DNA from: Euprymna scolopes
Taxonomy: Eukaryota
Strand: one strand, 5' to 3'
Assembly: GCA_053919585.1 (NCBI GenBank)
Contig: CM132787.1
Length of the DNA stretch: 64,000 nucleotides
Part shown: positions 1-13,035 of the stretch, in pieces
Layout of the letters: every line of letters begins with the position of its first letter
How positions within the stretch are numbered: the stretch's first letter is position 1
Notes under the pieces: model-generated
What the model was told of the DNA's origin: nothing
Databases searched by the model: none
Seen by the model: the letters and a program-made list of their open reading frames with translations, nothing else
Program-made: the position numbers and the translations under genes

Positions 1-1157
1 TCATTGCACAAGCAGAAACGCCAGGCATATAAAATCAACAGTAAGTCCTTTGATATGACAAGCGCGTGTTCGAAATGAATGTTTCTACAGTACAATGGAA
101 CTATGGGACTTGACTTGAAATTTATACTAGTTAACATAATCTCTACCTACCGGCATGGAGTCCTAATATATAAAATTGTTCAAGATGTGGTCTTTCTGGA
201 TGCTTCTTAGTATTATCTTTGAGTTACCTATGTGGAAGGAATTGCATCTATTATCTTAACAGGAGTGGAGGGCCATGATTCACTGTTGTAGTCATGGGCG
301 AATTTGTGATGTAATATTTCTGATATTTTTATTAAATATAAACTAAAAATAAAAATGTATCTATATATAAATGATAATAAACTTTAAAGAATAAAAAAAA
401 TAGAATAATTCACCTTTTTTCTGATTGGTCTAAAACTTTTGGTTATTTGAAGCCGCCATAAAAAAAGAAATAAAAGAACTACCATCTGTTAGCATAGCTC
501 GAAAGCAATCGTTCGTTTTGGAAATTAGAAGAGCATCGTCACCTTCCACAACCCCCCCCCCTCCCGGGCTGCCATACTCTGGTAAGTTGGCCCGTTATAT
601 CCTATATTTTTTGGGGGGGATTTAATTTTTCAAGTTGAATCCAATTTTTGCGGTGCGTTTGTTTATTAACGATGAAGATACAGAAGAGTAAAGGATGGAT
701 TTCTACATAACACCGTTGTTCCAGCGCGGTTCGTGTTCTGCATAAGTGCCGAAGCGTATTATGGTCCTTTCCTGATCCTGGTGAACTTGAAGAAATAATC
801 TGATCAACTTTAATCATCCTTCTAGTATAAGGGAGTACCTGAACCGATAAAAACCAAGTGTATTAAGTTTTGTAGGCCTATCTAATCTCTTGCAAGTATT
901 CACAAAACCTACGAATTATAGCTCATTTGAAAACGCCTCAAAAACTCTCTGTCAAACATGGCATACTTTCATTCCAGGCATTATATAAAAAAAAAAGTGA
1001 CTGCAGGGAGGCATGTCAAACTTCCTGTCGTTACATCTGGTGGGTTCCTCAACAAGAGCAGGCAATCAATCAGTTTGATTGAATAATGGTTGATTTCACC
1101 AATTTCAATGATAATATAAGTATGGTAATATGAAACATTTGTTACTTTTCATTAAAT

Positions 1158-1185
1158 CTCGGTCAATGTCGGGTCTCCCTGCTAG
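1158..1185 (+). mobile_element. Helitron 3' terminus (GC hairpin + CTAG|T); upstream 1-1157 may be its body
   Basis: ctcggtcaatgtcggg-tctccctg-CTAG|t parallels cctgggcaatgccggg...gCTAG|t at 3854-3885; 7-120 resembles 4166-4280 inside Helitron B. Confidence 0.5.
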
Positions 1186-1230
1186 TCAATTAATAAAAGT
1201 CTCTTTGTTTTGCATAGATGTGTACAAGTC

Positions 1231-1473
1231 CATAACAAAGCTTCTTTCTTAGAACTGCACGCCTGTGGAACTCTGTTCCGTCTGCCTGCTTCCCACCGGA
1301 CTACAACTTGGATGTCTTCAAGTCCAATGTTAACAAATTCCTAATGAACCGCCCCCTTAAGTAAACACTTCATCAAATCTCCACACTAACGTAATGTACT
1401 TGCAATAACCCTTATCCCTGAGTGGCTTCCGGGCCTTGATAAGTGGTGATCACTGTGTAAAAAAAAAAAAAAA
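1231..1473 (+). mobile_element. 5'-truncated CR1/L2-like LINE, family 1 (3' end + poly-A)
   Basis: Encodes ...FFLRTARLWNSVPSACFPPDYNLDVFKSNVNKFL; 3' UTR ...gccttgataagtggtgatcactgtgt(A)15; possible aagtc TSD; matches the copies at 1938, 10567, 21043 and 22248-24478. Confidence 0.85.
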
Positions 1474-1937
1474 GTCTGACTCTCATTTTTTATTTCTTGC
1501 ATTGTCTAGTGGCTAGGGTTGGCTGTTCAGATCAGGGTAAATAAAACTCATACATAGAAACAGAAGGAGACTTGTTGGCAGTTTTATAGGCTTTACTATG
1601 GAAAGAGATTCTTTCACAATTGGAGAGACTAAGATTAACTCCTTATAAAAGAAACGCTAGAATTAACTCTTCTTTCTTACTTAATTTTCTTACATAGCTT
1701 TAAAAAAATGGCCGACAAACGGACAGATCTTGAAAAAATTTCTTCTAGCTTTTTAAATAGTCGGTATGTTTGGATCGGTTGCAAACTCCTCAGAAACTCT
1801 CTGTCAAACACATGACACAATTTTTATATCACATACTGACACCTGCTTCTAGCGTGTTTTGTCTAGGGAGCTGACCTCTGAACCTTTGCATGAATCAGAC
1901 CAAGTGCACTGGGTTCATTTCTACTGTTATTCCAACA

Positions 1938-2460
1938 TTTTTTTTTTTTTTTTTTTTTTTACACAGTGATCACCACTTATCAAGGCCCGGAAGCAACTCA
2001 GGGATAAGGGTTATTGCAAGTACATTAAGTTAGTGAGGAGATTTGCTGAAGTGTTTACTTAAGGGAGCGGTTCATTAGGAATTTGTTTACATTGGACTTG
2101 AAGACATCCAAGTTGTAGTCCGGAGGGAAGCAGGCAGACGGAACAGAGTTCCACAGGCGTGCAGTTCTAAGAAAGAAGCTTTGTTCATGGAATCCGCGTT
2201 TTGATTTAGGCACAGATATAGAGTGGGGGAAATTTTTCACAGTGGATTCAGCTAGACGGGTGTTTTTCGTGAAAGATTGGCGAGGGGGGACCAGAGATTG
2301 GAGTTCAGACGAGCATCTGCCATGGAAATAATGATAAAACAAGGACATGCTCGCAACGTCTCTTCTGTGGGAGAGAGGTTGCAGGGTAGAGAAAAGGGCA
2401 TCCCCCACTAAGCCACGAAGTCTATTTTGTACTCTGTCAAGGCAGGATAGGCTGTTTTTA
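1938..2460 (-). mobile_element. 5'-truncated CR1/L2-like LINE, family 1
   Basis: Poly-T 1938-1960; ORF 2055-2477 LQPLSHRRDVASMSLFYHYFHGRCSSEL is a typical CR1-group ORF2 C-terminus. Confidence 0.88.
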
Positions 2461-3155
2461 TCTATTCTAGTTAACATAATCTCTACCTGCTAGCATAGAG
2501 TCCTAATATATAATATTGTTTGAAATGTGGTCTTTCTCGATGATTCTTAGTATTATCTTCTTAGTATTATGTGGAAGGTGTTGCATCTATTCTCTCTACG
2601 GGACTATGATTCACTGCAGTAGTTATGAGGAAATTATAGCTCATTTGAATGATGTCGCATGGTCCAATACTGGTAAATCGAGAATACGACAATGGCACGG
2701 TTAGTTTAATAAGCAAATTTACATTTGCTAACACGAAGTAGACAATAACTACAATAATGGTAACAGCAACAAACCATTATTAACAGTGTTTTGAATCTTT
2801 GCTTGATTTCTAAGCTGCGCTCTGACTGGTGTACATATTTTGTTTCTGGTTTGCCCAGTTAGAAGAAATCTCTAATGTGAGCAGAGACTTGGACTGGAGT
2901 TGATAAAAGGGACCGCATCTTCCTTAAGCCACAAAACAGCACAGCTGCCTGACTCATCCACATCACTCCTTTCAATCCCCACACTTCTCCCTGTGGACAC
3001 AAATCAAAAACCCAACTGTCCCTGGTATTGAAAAGAAGGCTTAAACATTTAACATGTTAACAGCCACACACATGCACATGGACTTATGTCATTCTAACAC
3101 GCAAACACACACACGCATACTTACTAACACACATGAACATTCTCATAATCTCTAA

Positions 3156-3885
3156 TCTATTATATAAAAGCGAAACTGTGTGTGTGTTTTTGTGTGTGTG
3201 CATGTGTGTGTTTGTGTGTCTATGTGTATGCACATTTTTTGTATGTTCGGCAAAGGCTTTTTTCAGGAGGGCACTCAGAGCAGTTACCACATCTTAAAAC
3301 TTTTTATATACTCCCTAGATTATAATATGTCCGATTTATGAAAGCAGGTCATCTCTATCTTTTAGTTGAGCGACTTTTACACGCTATTTTTGCGCTATTT
3401 CTTACTCTCGCCTGTTTGTTTGGCTTTTCCGTATAAAAGCGAAACTAAAAATCAAAAGCAAAGTGTGTTCTCGGTCGTTCATGCTGTCTAGAAGTAATGA
3501 GCTTTGATCAATGCAGGGAAAACCCGTCATATCAGACAATTGCTATTCATTTGGACACTCCCCTTTTTGTGAGGAGCTGGTTTTCCCAAACATCTTGGGA
3601 TAACAAACAAATATGCAGAAAGTGTAAAGCTTAATTGGCTCTGTGTGATTTCATTTCTCTATGGCGTGACGTTTGACCTAGAAAAGCAGACGTTTTTTAA
3701 GCGTTTAATGTCAACCATTCTCACTTCTCTGTCCTCTTAGTGTCACGGTAAGATGTCATGCTTTCTTTTCCGCCTTCGCCTTAAGGCTTCAGGTTCGAGC
3801 CTACCTGCCTACCAAAACTCTATATTTTTTTCCTACACACACACCGACAAACACCTGGGCAATGCCGGGCACCCCCCCCCGCTAG
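3156..3885 (+). mobile_element. Non-autonomous Helitron A (~730 bp)
   Basis: A|TCTATTATATAAAAGCGAAA then (TG)n-rich tract at the 5' end; hairpin cctgggcaatgccggg + CTAG|T at the 3' end; sits between A and T with no TSD. Confidence 0.75.
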
Positions 3886-4329
3886 TTATATATAAAAGGA
3901 ACATAGTTTGTGTATATGTGTGTGTGAGTTTGGTTTCTTATAGACTCCGAAACAGCTGGACCAATTTTTTTTTTAATTTCAGACAAATGTATTTTATATA
4001 TTTGGGAGTGTTCTTAAATAGGTTTTGTATCGAAATGACTCTGATAAGTATCGAAAATCAATAATCGAAAAAATCCTATTAAAGAAGAAACAATCTGATT
4101 ATTACCAAAGTAAACACTCTTATACAACCTAACATCACAAGTGCATTTGAAAAGTTTCATCACCACACAAGCAGAAGGGCCAGACATATAAAATCATCAG
4201 TAGGATTTTTGATAATACAGGGGTGCATTCAAAATGAATGTTTCTGTTTAGAGTGCAATCGAATTATAATACTTGACTTTTACAAGAATATGTGCATTTT
4301 GTTGCCATTTAATAAATGTTACAGTTTGA

Positions 4330-6340
4330 AAACATTGCAGGAGGACTCTTGATGTGCCAATGACTTCTGGCAAGGGAGACAACCCTGCGTCCATTCTCAT
4401 ATATTTCTATTGATGGCAGTCCATATAAAACATGACGTCACCAACTTCTGAGTCGAACGGATGCCAGGATGTGATAGACTGTGCAGCTTTGTAAACACAA
4501 CTCGCCTATGTTTCAGGGGCACATAGGGGTGTTCGTGACCGGTTGTGATGTCACACCATATCACTTCATTGGAGAAGGGTAAAGGAAATTGGACATTAGG
4601 TTTTCAGAAATGTATTAAATGACCCAATTCTTCGTCATTCCTCTAGTCGACTGCGATCTGTTGTAGATCGATATTATCGGTAGCGCAATGATGTGTCTGC
4701 AACTACATTCTCAGTTCCTTTGCTGTACTTGATATCCGAAGTGAATTGCAAAATATAGTCCAAATGATGAGCTTCTCTGGCCGAATGTTTGCCAGATTTG
4801 GCGAGTAAATATATAAAGTGAAATCAGAGCCTTTTAACATGTAACAAAAATTTTTGACCAGACAATAAGCGGCTGGAAGTTCTCTGCCAAAGGTACTACA
4901 TTTGGTCAGCGTTCTGGAGGCATCTGGAGAAAAAGGACAGCGATTGCCACACATTATCGACAAACTGCTGCAGGACTCCTCCAATGCCGATATCAGATGT
5001 GTCTACTGATAAGGCTAAGGGTGCGTTGGTGTGAGGAAAAATCAACATCGTTGCATCTGTCAAAGCTTCTTAAACTTGTGCGAAAGAGCATGATTCAGAT
5101 TCATTCAATGTTATTTCTTCATGTTTCTTCTTTTTTTATTTCTGGGTAAATCAGTAAAAGGTTGTGTGATTTCAGCACAAAACGCCTGTCAAAATTGATC
5201 CACCCGAGGAATTCCTGAAGTTTATGTAATGAAGTGGGAGGTAGATAATCAATAATGGATCGAACCTTCTCCGGGAGAGGACGAATACCGTCCAAATCGA
5301 TCACATGACTGAGGAAGAATAATGAGGAGACTCCAAACTCACATTTACTGGGGTTGATTTTGACACTGTATTCCGATAGTTTGTGGAACAATTGTTGAAG
5401 GTGTTGAATGTCTTCGTTTTTCGATGAGCTGGCTACTAATAAATTGTCAATGTATACATAGATGAATGGCAACCCACATATAACTACATCTATAAACCAC
5501 TGGAACATTTGGCCAGCATTTCTCAGTCTGAAAGGTATTCATAAAAACTCAAAAAGTCTGAATGGAGTAGTGATCGCAGTTTTAAGAATATCTTCGTGAT
5601 TGACTGGAATCTGGTTGTATGCATATATAAGATCGATTCTAGAAAATATTGATTTCCTATGGAGAGAATTTGAAAAGTCTTGGAGGTGAGGAATAGGGTA
5701 ATTGTCTGGGATGATGTGGCTATTGAGCGCCCAGTAATTCCCTCAAGGTTGCCAGTCACCAGCCGTTTTCTTGGGCAGTATGTTGAGTGGCGATGATCAG
5801 TTAATATTGGAGGGTCGAATTATGCCTAAGTCTAACATGTGCTGAAATTCTTGTTTAGCAACTCTCAGGCGATTGGGTTTGAGTCTGCGGCAGTCCCTTG
5901 GTTTGGATGTGATGAGTAACGTTGTGGCTAACCTTGTCGTCACTAAAAACGGGACAAGCTATGTTGGGGAAATCTTTTAAAAGGTCAGTGTACGTGTCCA
6001 TTGCTTATCCCCGCTGTATTATTAATCCTTCCCTGCACGGTAATTCCAGTGTTGTTGTCAATTAATTTCCCATGCTTGATGTCCATGAAGATGCCGAAAT
6101 GGTGTAAAAAATCCGCTCCCAAGATCGGAACTGGTAGCTTCACAATGGTAAATACACACTGGAAAATGCATTGAAAACCCAAATTCAACATTAAAGATTT
6201 TTCTCCAAAAGTCAGGATAGGTGAGTGGTTCATGGCTTGTAAACAGAAGTTGACTGGGGTCGCTTCTCTTTCGCTAGTCTTTTGGGTATGATGCTAACCT
6301 CTGCACCAGTATCGATGAGAAAGCCTGCATTCTGATGGAA
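4330..6340 (-). pseudogene. Decayed Ty3/Gypsy pol (protease, RT, RNase H, integrase Zn-binding domain)
   Basis: FLIDTGAEVSI near 6290-6325; PILGADFL; YIDNLLVASS...INPSKCEFG (5119-5508); LHSLSHPGIRSTQ...CLPCQKS near 4365-4490; many stops and frameshifts. Confidence 0.9.
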
Positions 6341-7104
6341 TGAAAAGTCAACACACTGTCACGTAGTACAGCTATGTACTACGGCCTTGCAAAAAGGCAT
6401 GGTTTTAGTTTTTATACACGGATAATTTGCATGGGTGTAGATAACAGATGTATGCACAACTGGAACACTCCTTGTCCAGCCACTCCAATGTCTGTGATGA
6501 GTCGCTGCACATAAATTCATATGATTAATTTTTAATACATTGAAATGATATAAATTCCATTATTTCAAAATGTGTGTTTATAATCATAGAATTTGGAGTA
6601 AACGTTTCCTATTTTTTTTTCTATTTATTAAACGCTAAATTATGGCATCAATATGGCGAGCAGTGAAGGTTTCTATTGACCACTTCATAAAAATGAATAC
6701 ATACATTCATTCAAAAAGAATACTTAATAATATTTCTTTTTTTATTTAGCATTCTCCTATATTACTGCAGGCATCGCCAGGAAACGGGTCTTGCTAGTAT
6801 AAAAATAATCAATCAATTTCGACGATAATAAAAGTATTGGAAGTGTGAAAGATTCGTTGATCCTCATTCAGTCCCAGGCAATTATTCTCCTTTCCCTAAA
6901 AACATGATATTTATTATTCATGTTATAAACTTTCAAACGTTTTTCTCATCCACACTCCCATACATATCTTTTCAGTCATTATCACGTGTTATCGATGATG
7001 GCCAACAAAATTGTTTTAAATGTTAGAAAGAGACTTGGACGTTTTTTTTTCTACCAACATTCTAATTGTTTGTTTCCTTTTTCCTTTTTTAAATGCATCT
7101 CTTC

Positions 7105-7561
7105 TTTTTTTTTCACCCCATACAAGGCATAGTGCAACTTTGATGTAGGGGGTCACTATCAGAGGGATACAATGCAACGATACTATGTAGGGAGTTGAGC
7201 AGTCAGATGTCTGTTTACATTACACTTGAACTTCTGCATGTCAGTACAATCAATGAAGCAGGGGCCCGGAAGATAATTCCAAAGTTTAACAGTCCGAGGG
7301 AAGAAACTATTAGAGTAGAAGCATTTTTGGCATCTAGGGATCTCTACTGTGTAAGGATGGGATTTAGCCGCTTGTCAAGTTTGTCAGGAGTTAGAGTTAG
7401 GGTTAGGGTTTGTCAGGAGTATTTATGTCGAAAGAGTATTAAGGTTTGAAGTTGTTCGGAGCACCTACCATTAAAAATATTTGTAAAACAGGTAGCGGGA
7501 TTCAGACTTTGAAGCCTAGCTGACAGTGCAGGACCTATTAGGTTGGCGACTCTCTTTTTGT
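7105..7561 (-). mobile_element. 5'-truncated CR1/L2-like LINE, family 2
   Basis: Poly-T then caccccatacaaggca...gtagggggtcactatcagaggg; reverse complement aligns with 31385-31810. Confidence 0.8.
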
Positions 7562-9679
7562 AAGGTCTCCATGTTTTTAGCTCAAAAAGTTGAAGAGCTA
7601 TGAAGACAGGAGTGGTACCATTAAAACAAGCGACCTTAGAATTTATTTTTCTACATAGTCACCACTATTCTCAATGCACTTTTACCACTAATGAACGATG
7701 GCTGTGTATGAGCGTGCACTTTGTCATAATGATGCGTGTTAGCAGCAGAAGCAGCAGCAGCAGCTGTATGACATATATGCAAATGACCAAGCTGGTGTGC
7801 AATGTAGTGGCATAGCAGAGGAAAATAAGAGAAAGAAAAAGCAGGAAAAAAATGCACCACGTAGCAAGGGACAGAAAAGGCGTATGTTGGTGTAAGATGA
7901 ATGTGTGGTCCATGGTAGCGAGAAACTTTTAAGCCCACATTGAGACGGCAGGGTTTTGTTAACTACATGGCAGACAAGATAGACAAAGAGACCTTTATAA
8001 TAAGATTCAATGTGATATTTTGGAAGAACAATAAATAAATATTTTTATTTCATTGGAAAAAATTGATTCTAATTTATTTCCTTTTTTGTTCCTTTGCAAC
8101 GGTCTCTGTATGCAACGTGTTGGGTCAAGTGTTAACATGTAATTACACTGTCAAAGAAGACTAACGACTATGTCACATATGTTTATTTTGGTTCAGAATA
8201 AAGAAAAAAGAAGAAAGAATGTTACTACAGAAGAGAATAGAATTGCAAAGAAAGGATATAACAATGAACCAAACCAGGAAGGAAAATTTGGAGACAAAAA
8301 AAGAATTACACCACACTGTGAGTAATATGATTTATTTTCGTTTTTTTTTTTTTTTGTTTCTCTTTTTTGCTTCACATTTTTTCTCCTATTCTATGTGCAC
8401 AAGGGCAGTTTGTAGGGGCCTTAAGTCACCGCCAATATGATCTTTAATGTTAAAGACAAAATTTCGAGTATTATGAATCGGTTATATAACATTATAGGGG
8501 AAATGCTCATTTAATATCACAAATATTTGGTTTTAAATAAGAATTTAGAATTTAACGTTTAGAAATGAACATATTTATATTTATATATATTTATATTTGT
8601 AGTTTTGTATTTGGGTTATTTAAGTGATGTCCGACTCCCAGCTGAAAATACTAAATATCTCTAATTATTTTACGGATTATTACAGTTCTCAAATTAAAAA
8701 AAAAGAAAAAGAGACGTCCAATTCTTAGCAAAGACTGTGCTGAGTGACTTATAACTAGATTTTTTTTTTTTTTTTTTTTGTAAGTTTTTAAACCATGTTT
8801 GGTGTTGTTACTTTTTGGTACTTTGTTACTTGGATTTATGTAAATCTAATACCGAATACAGAAAACATAATATTTAAAATCATCTTTACTTTTAAAACTA
8901 ATGGCTAGCAAAATTGCTTGGCAGTCAAGTAAGACACTTGACATTAACAAAACTTTATTCTTTAATCCTGTGACTGAAACTCTAAATGAAAAGAAGATGC
9001 AGCAATTGCATCACTGCCATCATAGAAAGGTAAGTGTCTGCTAAGCATTAAAAATACTTACTTTTAACATAATAACCGATGTATAGTTTCTTGATATGAA
9101 CTCGCTACCTTTGTATTGGGGCAACTCTTCCAGACAGAGATTCAACTATCATAGCAAAATGAATAAGGCACTTACGTGTGTTGCAAATTAATATCAAAAT
9201 ATAGTGTCCTGTTGTCATTTCTCCATATTTACTATTTCATATACTACTTATACAGTAGAACCCCAGGATACAGCATTAAAAATTAGCAAGAAAATACTGT
9301 ACAGTATATAATACACATGTATATAATCTAATAATATAATAAATAACACCATAAGGCGAGACAAATACTGTAACCAGGGGGCCAGAAAACCATCATATTC
9401 CACATTGTAACCTGAAAACAACGTATTCCAGGGTTCTACTGTACATGGTGTTCCAAAGTGGAATAAAAAAAAAGTAAATAAAAAATAAAATAAAATAAAT
9501 GGAAATACAACAGCCCATCCCAAAGTCAAGAATGGAGAAACTTATTAATGAAGCTAATGGACGAATATGAGTTTGAGTGAGTTTGAATACGTCTTAAACT
9601 CCTACCCACCAAAATCGTTCATCTATTAATGCCTCTTACATTCTATGTATTTTGACTTTTTATCTACAACAACCACTGA

Positions 9680-12410
9680 AAATGTCTAACCCATACTCCC
9701 CCCCCATCAAAATAAACTGAAATCGACCAAGTAGCGTTCATGATGCAAATGCATCAACAACAGCTTGCCATGCAAGAACAAATGATACACCTTATGGCAC
9801 GTTTATTCCCTGCCGAGCAACATGTACCCACACCATTTTTGTGTCACTCACATGGTGAACCTGAGCATTCATAGAATCAGACTCATCAGATGATAAACAG
9901 ATTATTTTCAAAGACGCATGGTTCTGCTACAAAGAGATGACACAGTCAGTTCACCCCACAGAACCTTGAAACAAGCTACAGTTCACGTGCAGTTCATCTG
10001 TTAACGAAATGCTGTTCAATTGGTCAACATGTCCTAAATAATGCCACAGAGGAACAACGGCTAGGATACATCAAATTTGTTGCAGTGAAATCCGTTCATC
10101 CTGACGTGTACCAACAACAATTCTTTGTCATAAAGGTGATGGGTAAACTATCACGACTTTCATTTCCTGCTTGAAGTCGCAATTGATGCACTTTCAAAAG
10201 GCAATGTGGTTGCAATAATCAACGATATACAATCATTTTCTGAGGATATGATCAAATCCCAGATGATTGCCAGCTTACGGAACATTTCCCACCAAAGTAA
10301 AATTTTGACAGAGATTAGTTCCCTGCCAAAACTAAGTGACTTAACTGAACACCTGTTAACTCTAGCACTTTTGACCGGCAGAGACTCCACAAATTGACCC
10401 AATAAAATCTGCATCATCACAAAAATTCCCACCACAGAATAAGACAAGTAATGACAACAAATGCAAAGGTTGCGGTCACAGACCACACCCAAAGGGGCGC
10501 AGGCAGTGCCCCACTTTGAGCAAGTCATGCCACAAATGTGGAAGAAAAAAACACTACTCAAATACATTTTTTTTTACAAGGTTGTCACCACTTATCAAGG
10601 CCCGGAAGCCACTCAGGGATAAGGGTTATTGTAAGTACAGTACGTTAGTGTGGATATTTAAGAGTGTCTACTTAAGAGGGCGGTTCATCAGGAATTTGTT
10701 TACATTGGACTTGAAGACATCTAAGTTGTAGTCAGGAGGGAAGCAGGCAGGCGGAACAGAGTTCCACAGGCGTGCAGTTCTAAGAATGAAGCTTTGTTCA
10801 TGGAATCTACGTTTTGATTTAGGCATAAAGAGTGGGGAAAGTTTTTGACAGTGGATTCAGCTAGATGCATGTTTTTTGTAAAAGATTAGCGAGGGGGGAC
10901 CAGAGATTGGAGTTCAGACGAGCACCTGCCATGGAAATAACGATAAAACAAAGATAGGCTTGCAACGTCTTTTCTGTGGGAGAGAGGTTGCAGGGAAGAG
11001 AAAAGGGCATCCCCCACTAAGCCACGAAGTCTATTTTGTACTCTGTCAAGGCAGAGCATTATCTAATGCCATAATGGAGAATAATCCTAATGGCAACCAG
11101 AGTGATGACACTTCTTTTATATCAACTATGAATATGCAGCCCAGATAACTAAAGGAAGAAGAGGGAATTTCACATGATGTATGCACCAACAACCAGTTCA
11201 CACTAGACCGACCCCATTCATTAATATTAAAGTCACATGGAATACGATTGTCCACAAGCACCTTAGACATTTGATGTATGTGAAACCATGAACCACTCAA
11301 TTAGCTGCTATGGCAGATACTGGGGCTGAAACCAGTACAGCTGGAGAAGATACATTGTATGATTTCGCGTACACCTCTAAACATCTATTGCGTGCTAGGC
11401 ATCAATTATGTGCCGTAAACAACACCAACCTGCTTATCATAGGAGCTCTAATCACCACAGTGACGCTTGGTGATGTAACATACTCGGAGATAATTTACAT
11501 CTGCCCAAAAATTAAGGGCCTATATATCTCACAGACGACCCTGAGAAAATTAAGGATTATCGACAACGACTTTCTAATACAAATTAGAAGTCAGATAGCC
11601 ACAACAAAAGTAGACTCTAAATCAACTAACAGTACATTAGCTCCTTGTGGTTGCCCATCCAGATTACCACCAGACAAGCTGCCATTCCCTGTGACATCTG
11701 ATTATCGCAAAGACCTAGAAAATTGGATCAAGTGTTACTTTGCCAGCAGTGCATTCAACATATGCGCACACCAAAAGTTGCAGATCATGATGGAAGAACC
11801 ACTCACCATTACATTCTTGGACAACTGCCAACCCAAAGCCATTCACAAGCTAATTCCAGTCCCCTACCACTGGAAAGAACCTGCTAAATCTCAGCTAGAC
11901 CCTGATGTTGCACTGAGCATAATTCAACCAGTGCCAGGTGAGACACCAACAACATAGTGTTCCAGAATGATCACAGTTCCCCAAAAAAAAAATGGTTTCT
12001 CATGTAGAACAGTTAACCTGCAGAATCTGAATGCAGCAACAAGACAGGAGACACACCACACACCTTCTCCTTTCAACCTTGTCAATACGATACTCCCAGG
12101 AAAAAAAGAAATCCATTCTCGATGCCTGGAATGGATATCACAGTGTTCCTCATTGCTGTGAAAGCATAGGATGCTACCATAAAAGAGTGGGGCAGATACC
12201 GATATTTGCAAGTTCCACAAGGTTTCTAAGCATCTAATGATGGCTACACAAAGAGATCCGATACCATTATGGAAGGTTTCCTTCATGTGAACCATTGTGT
12301 GGACGATTCCATTTTATGAGATGATGATATAGCACTATCTTTTTGGCACACTATTGGATACATCATGCTTTGTGCTGAAAATAGGATCGTATTCAACCCA
12401 GATGAATTCC
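9680..12410 (+). pseudogene. Decayed Gypsy-type gag-pro-RT, split by a LINE at 10567-11054
   Basis: Zinc knuckle CHKCGRKKH (~10528); protease ADTGAETS (11313); PVPYHWKE; RTVNLQNLN; LDAWNGYHS; RT CVDD (~12297); truncated near 12410. Confidence 0.85.
10567..11054 (-). mobile_element. 5'-truncated CR1/L2-like LINE, family 1, inserted in a gag zinc knuckle
   Basis: Colinear with and highly similar to 1960-2445; poly-T at 10567. Confidence 0.88.
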
Positions 12411-12425
12411 ATATTATAAAAAATA

Positions 12426-12579
12426 TAAGTTTGGGAAAATGAGTTAAAACTAAAAAACTATACAAAATACTGTTAGAAACTCGCTCAATATATGTTACCG
12501 TGACATAAGCTGACATATATTCAGTGGGTTTTAACAGTATTTTGTATATTTTTAGTTTTAACTCATTTTCCCAAACTTA
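12426..12579. repeat. ~154-bp near-perfect palindrome (hairpin/MITE-like)
   Basis: taagtttgggaaaatgagttaaaactaaaaa...aatatatgt pairs with acatatatt...tttttagttttaactcattttcccaaactta; arms ~70 bp. Confidence 0.9.
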
Positions 12580-12906
12580 CCATGTTCAACAGAGAGTCTG
12601 ACGCCATTTGTAATTTTGAAAATTTTCAAATACATCAGTAAACACTGTATATTTTTCGAGAACAAGATACTTTGATGGCTTGGTGATGGTTAAAGAATCG
12701 ATGAGAATTAATGGTTAAGGTCACAGGTTCGGTTTACAGGAGAATGTTAAGAAAAACATGAGGAAATGATAAGGATGGACTTGAGAAAAAGAGGGATAAA
12801 TAAAGACCTGGGCAGAGATAGGTTTGCTAGGAACTCAATTTCTTAAAGCTGTTCAATACATGACAGTATGTAAACCATGACAGCATGTAGACCAAATGTT
12901 AAAACA

Positions 12907-13035
12907 GATGACAATGATGATGATGATGATGATGATGACGACGACGACGATGATGATGATGACAACAATGATGATGACAATAATGATGATGACGACAACG
13001 ATGATGATGACAATGATGATGATGATGACGATAAT
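12907..13035. repeat. (GAT/GAC/AAT)n microsatellite
   Basis: Direct reading; explains the poly-D/S/H/I ORFs. Confidence 0.95.

Larger units (their letters stand above)
3149..6797 (+). mobile_element. Putative Helitron B, interrupted by Helitron A and a Gypsy remnant; 3' end uncertain
   Basis: Removing 3156-3885 restores a|tctctaa-ttatatataaaagg...gtgtgtgtg...cagctggaccaatttt, a Helitron-like 5' end; candidate 3' end gcaggcatcgccaggaaacgggtcttgCTAG|t at 6767-6797. Confidence 0.45.

Noticed and set aside
8950-9036. Possible host exon ending at AG|GTAAGT
   Set aside because: Isolated donor with no convincing acceptor, partner exons or recognisable peptide
9870-9895. Second hammerhead (ctgatgagtc on the minus strand)
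   Set aside because: No closing GAC-GAAA or stems I/III; lies within a gag remnant
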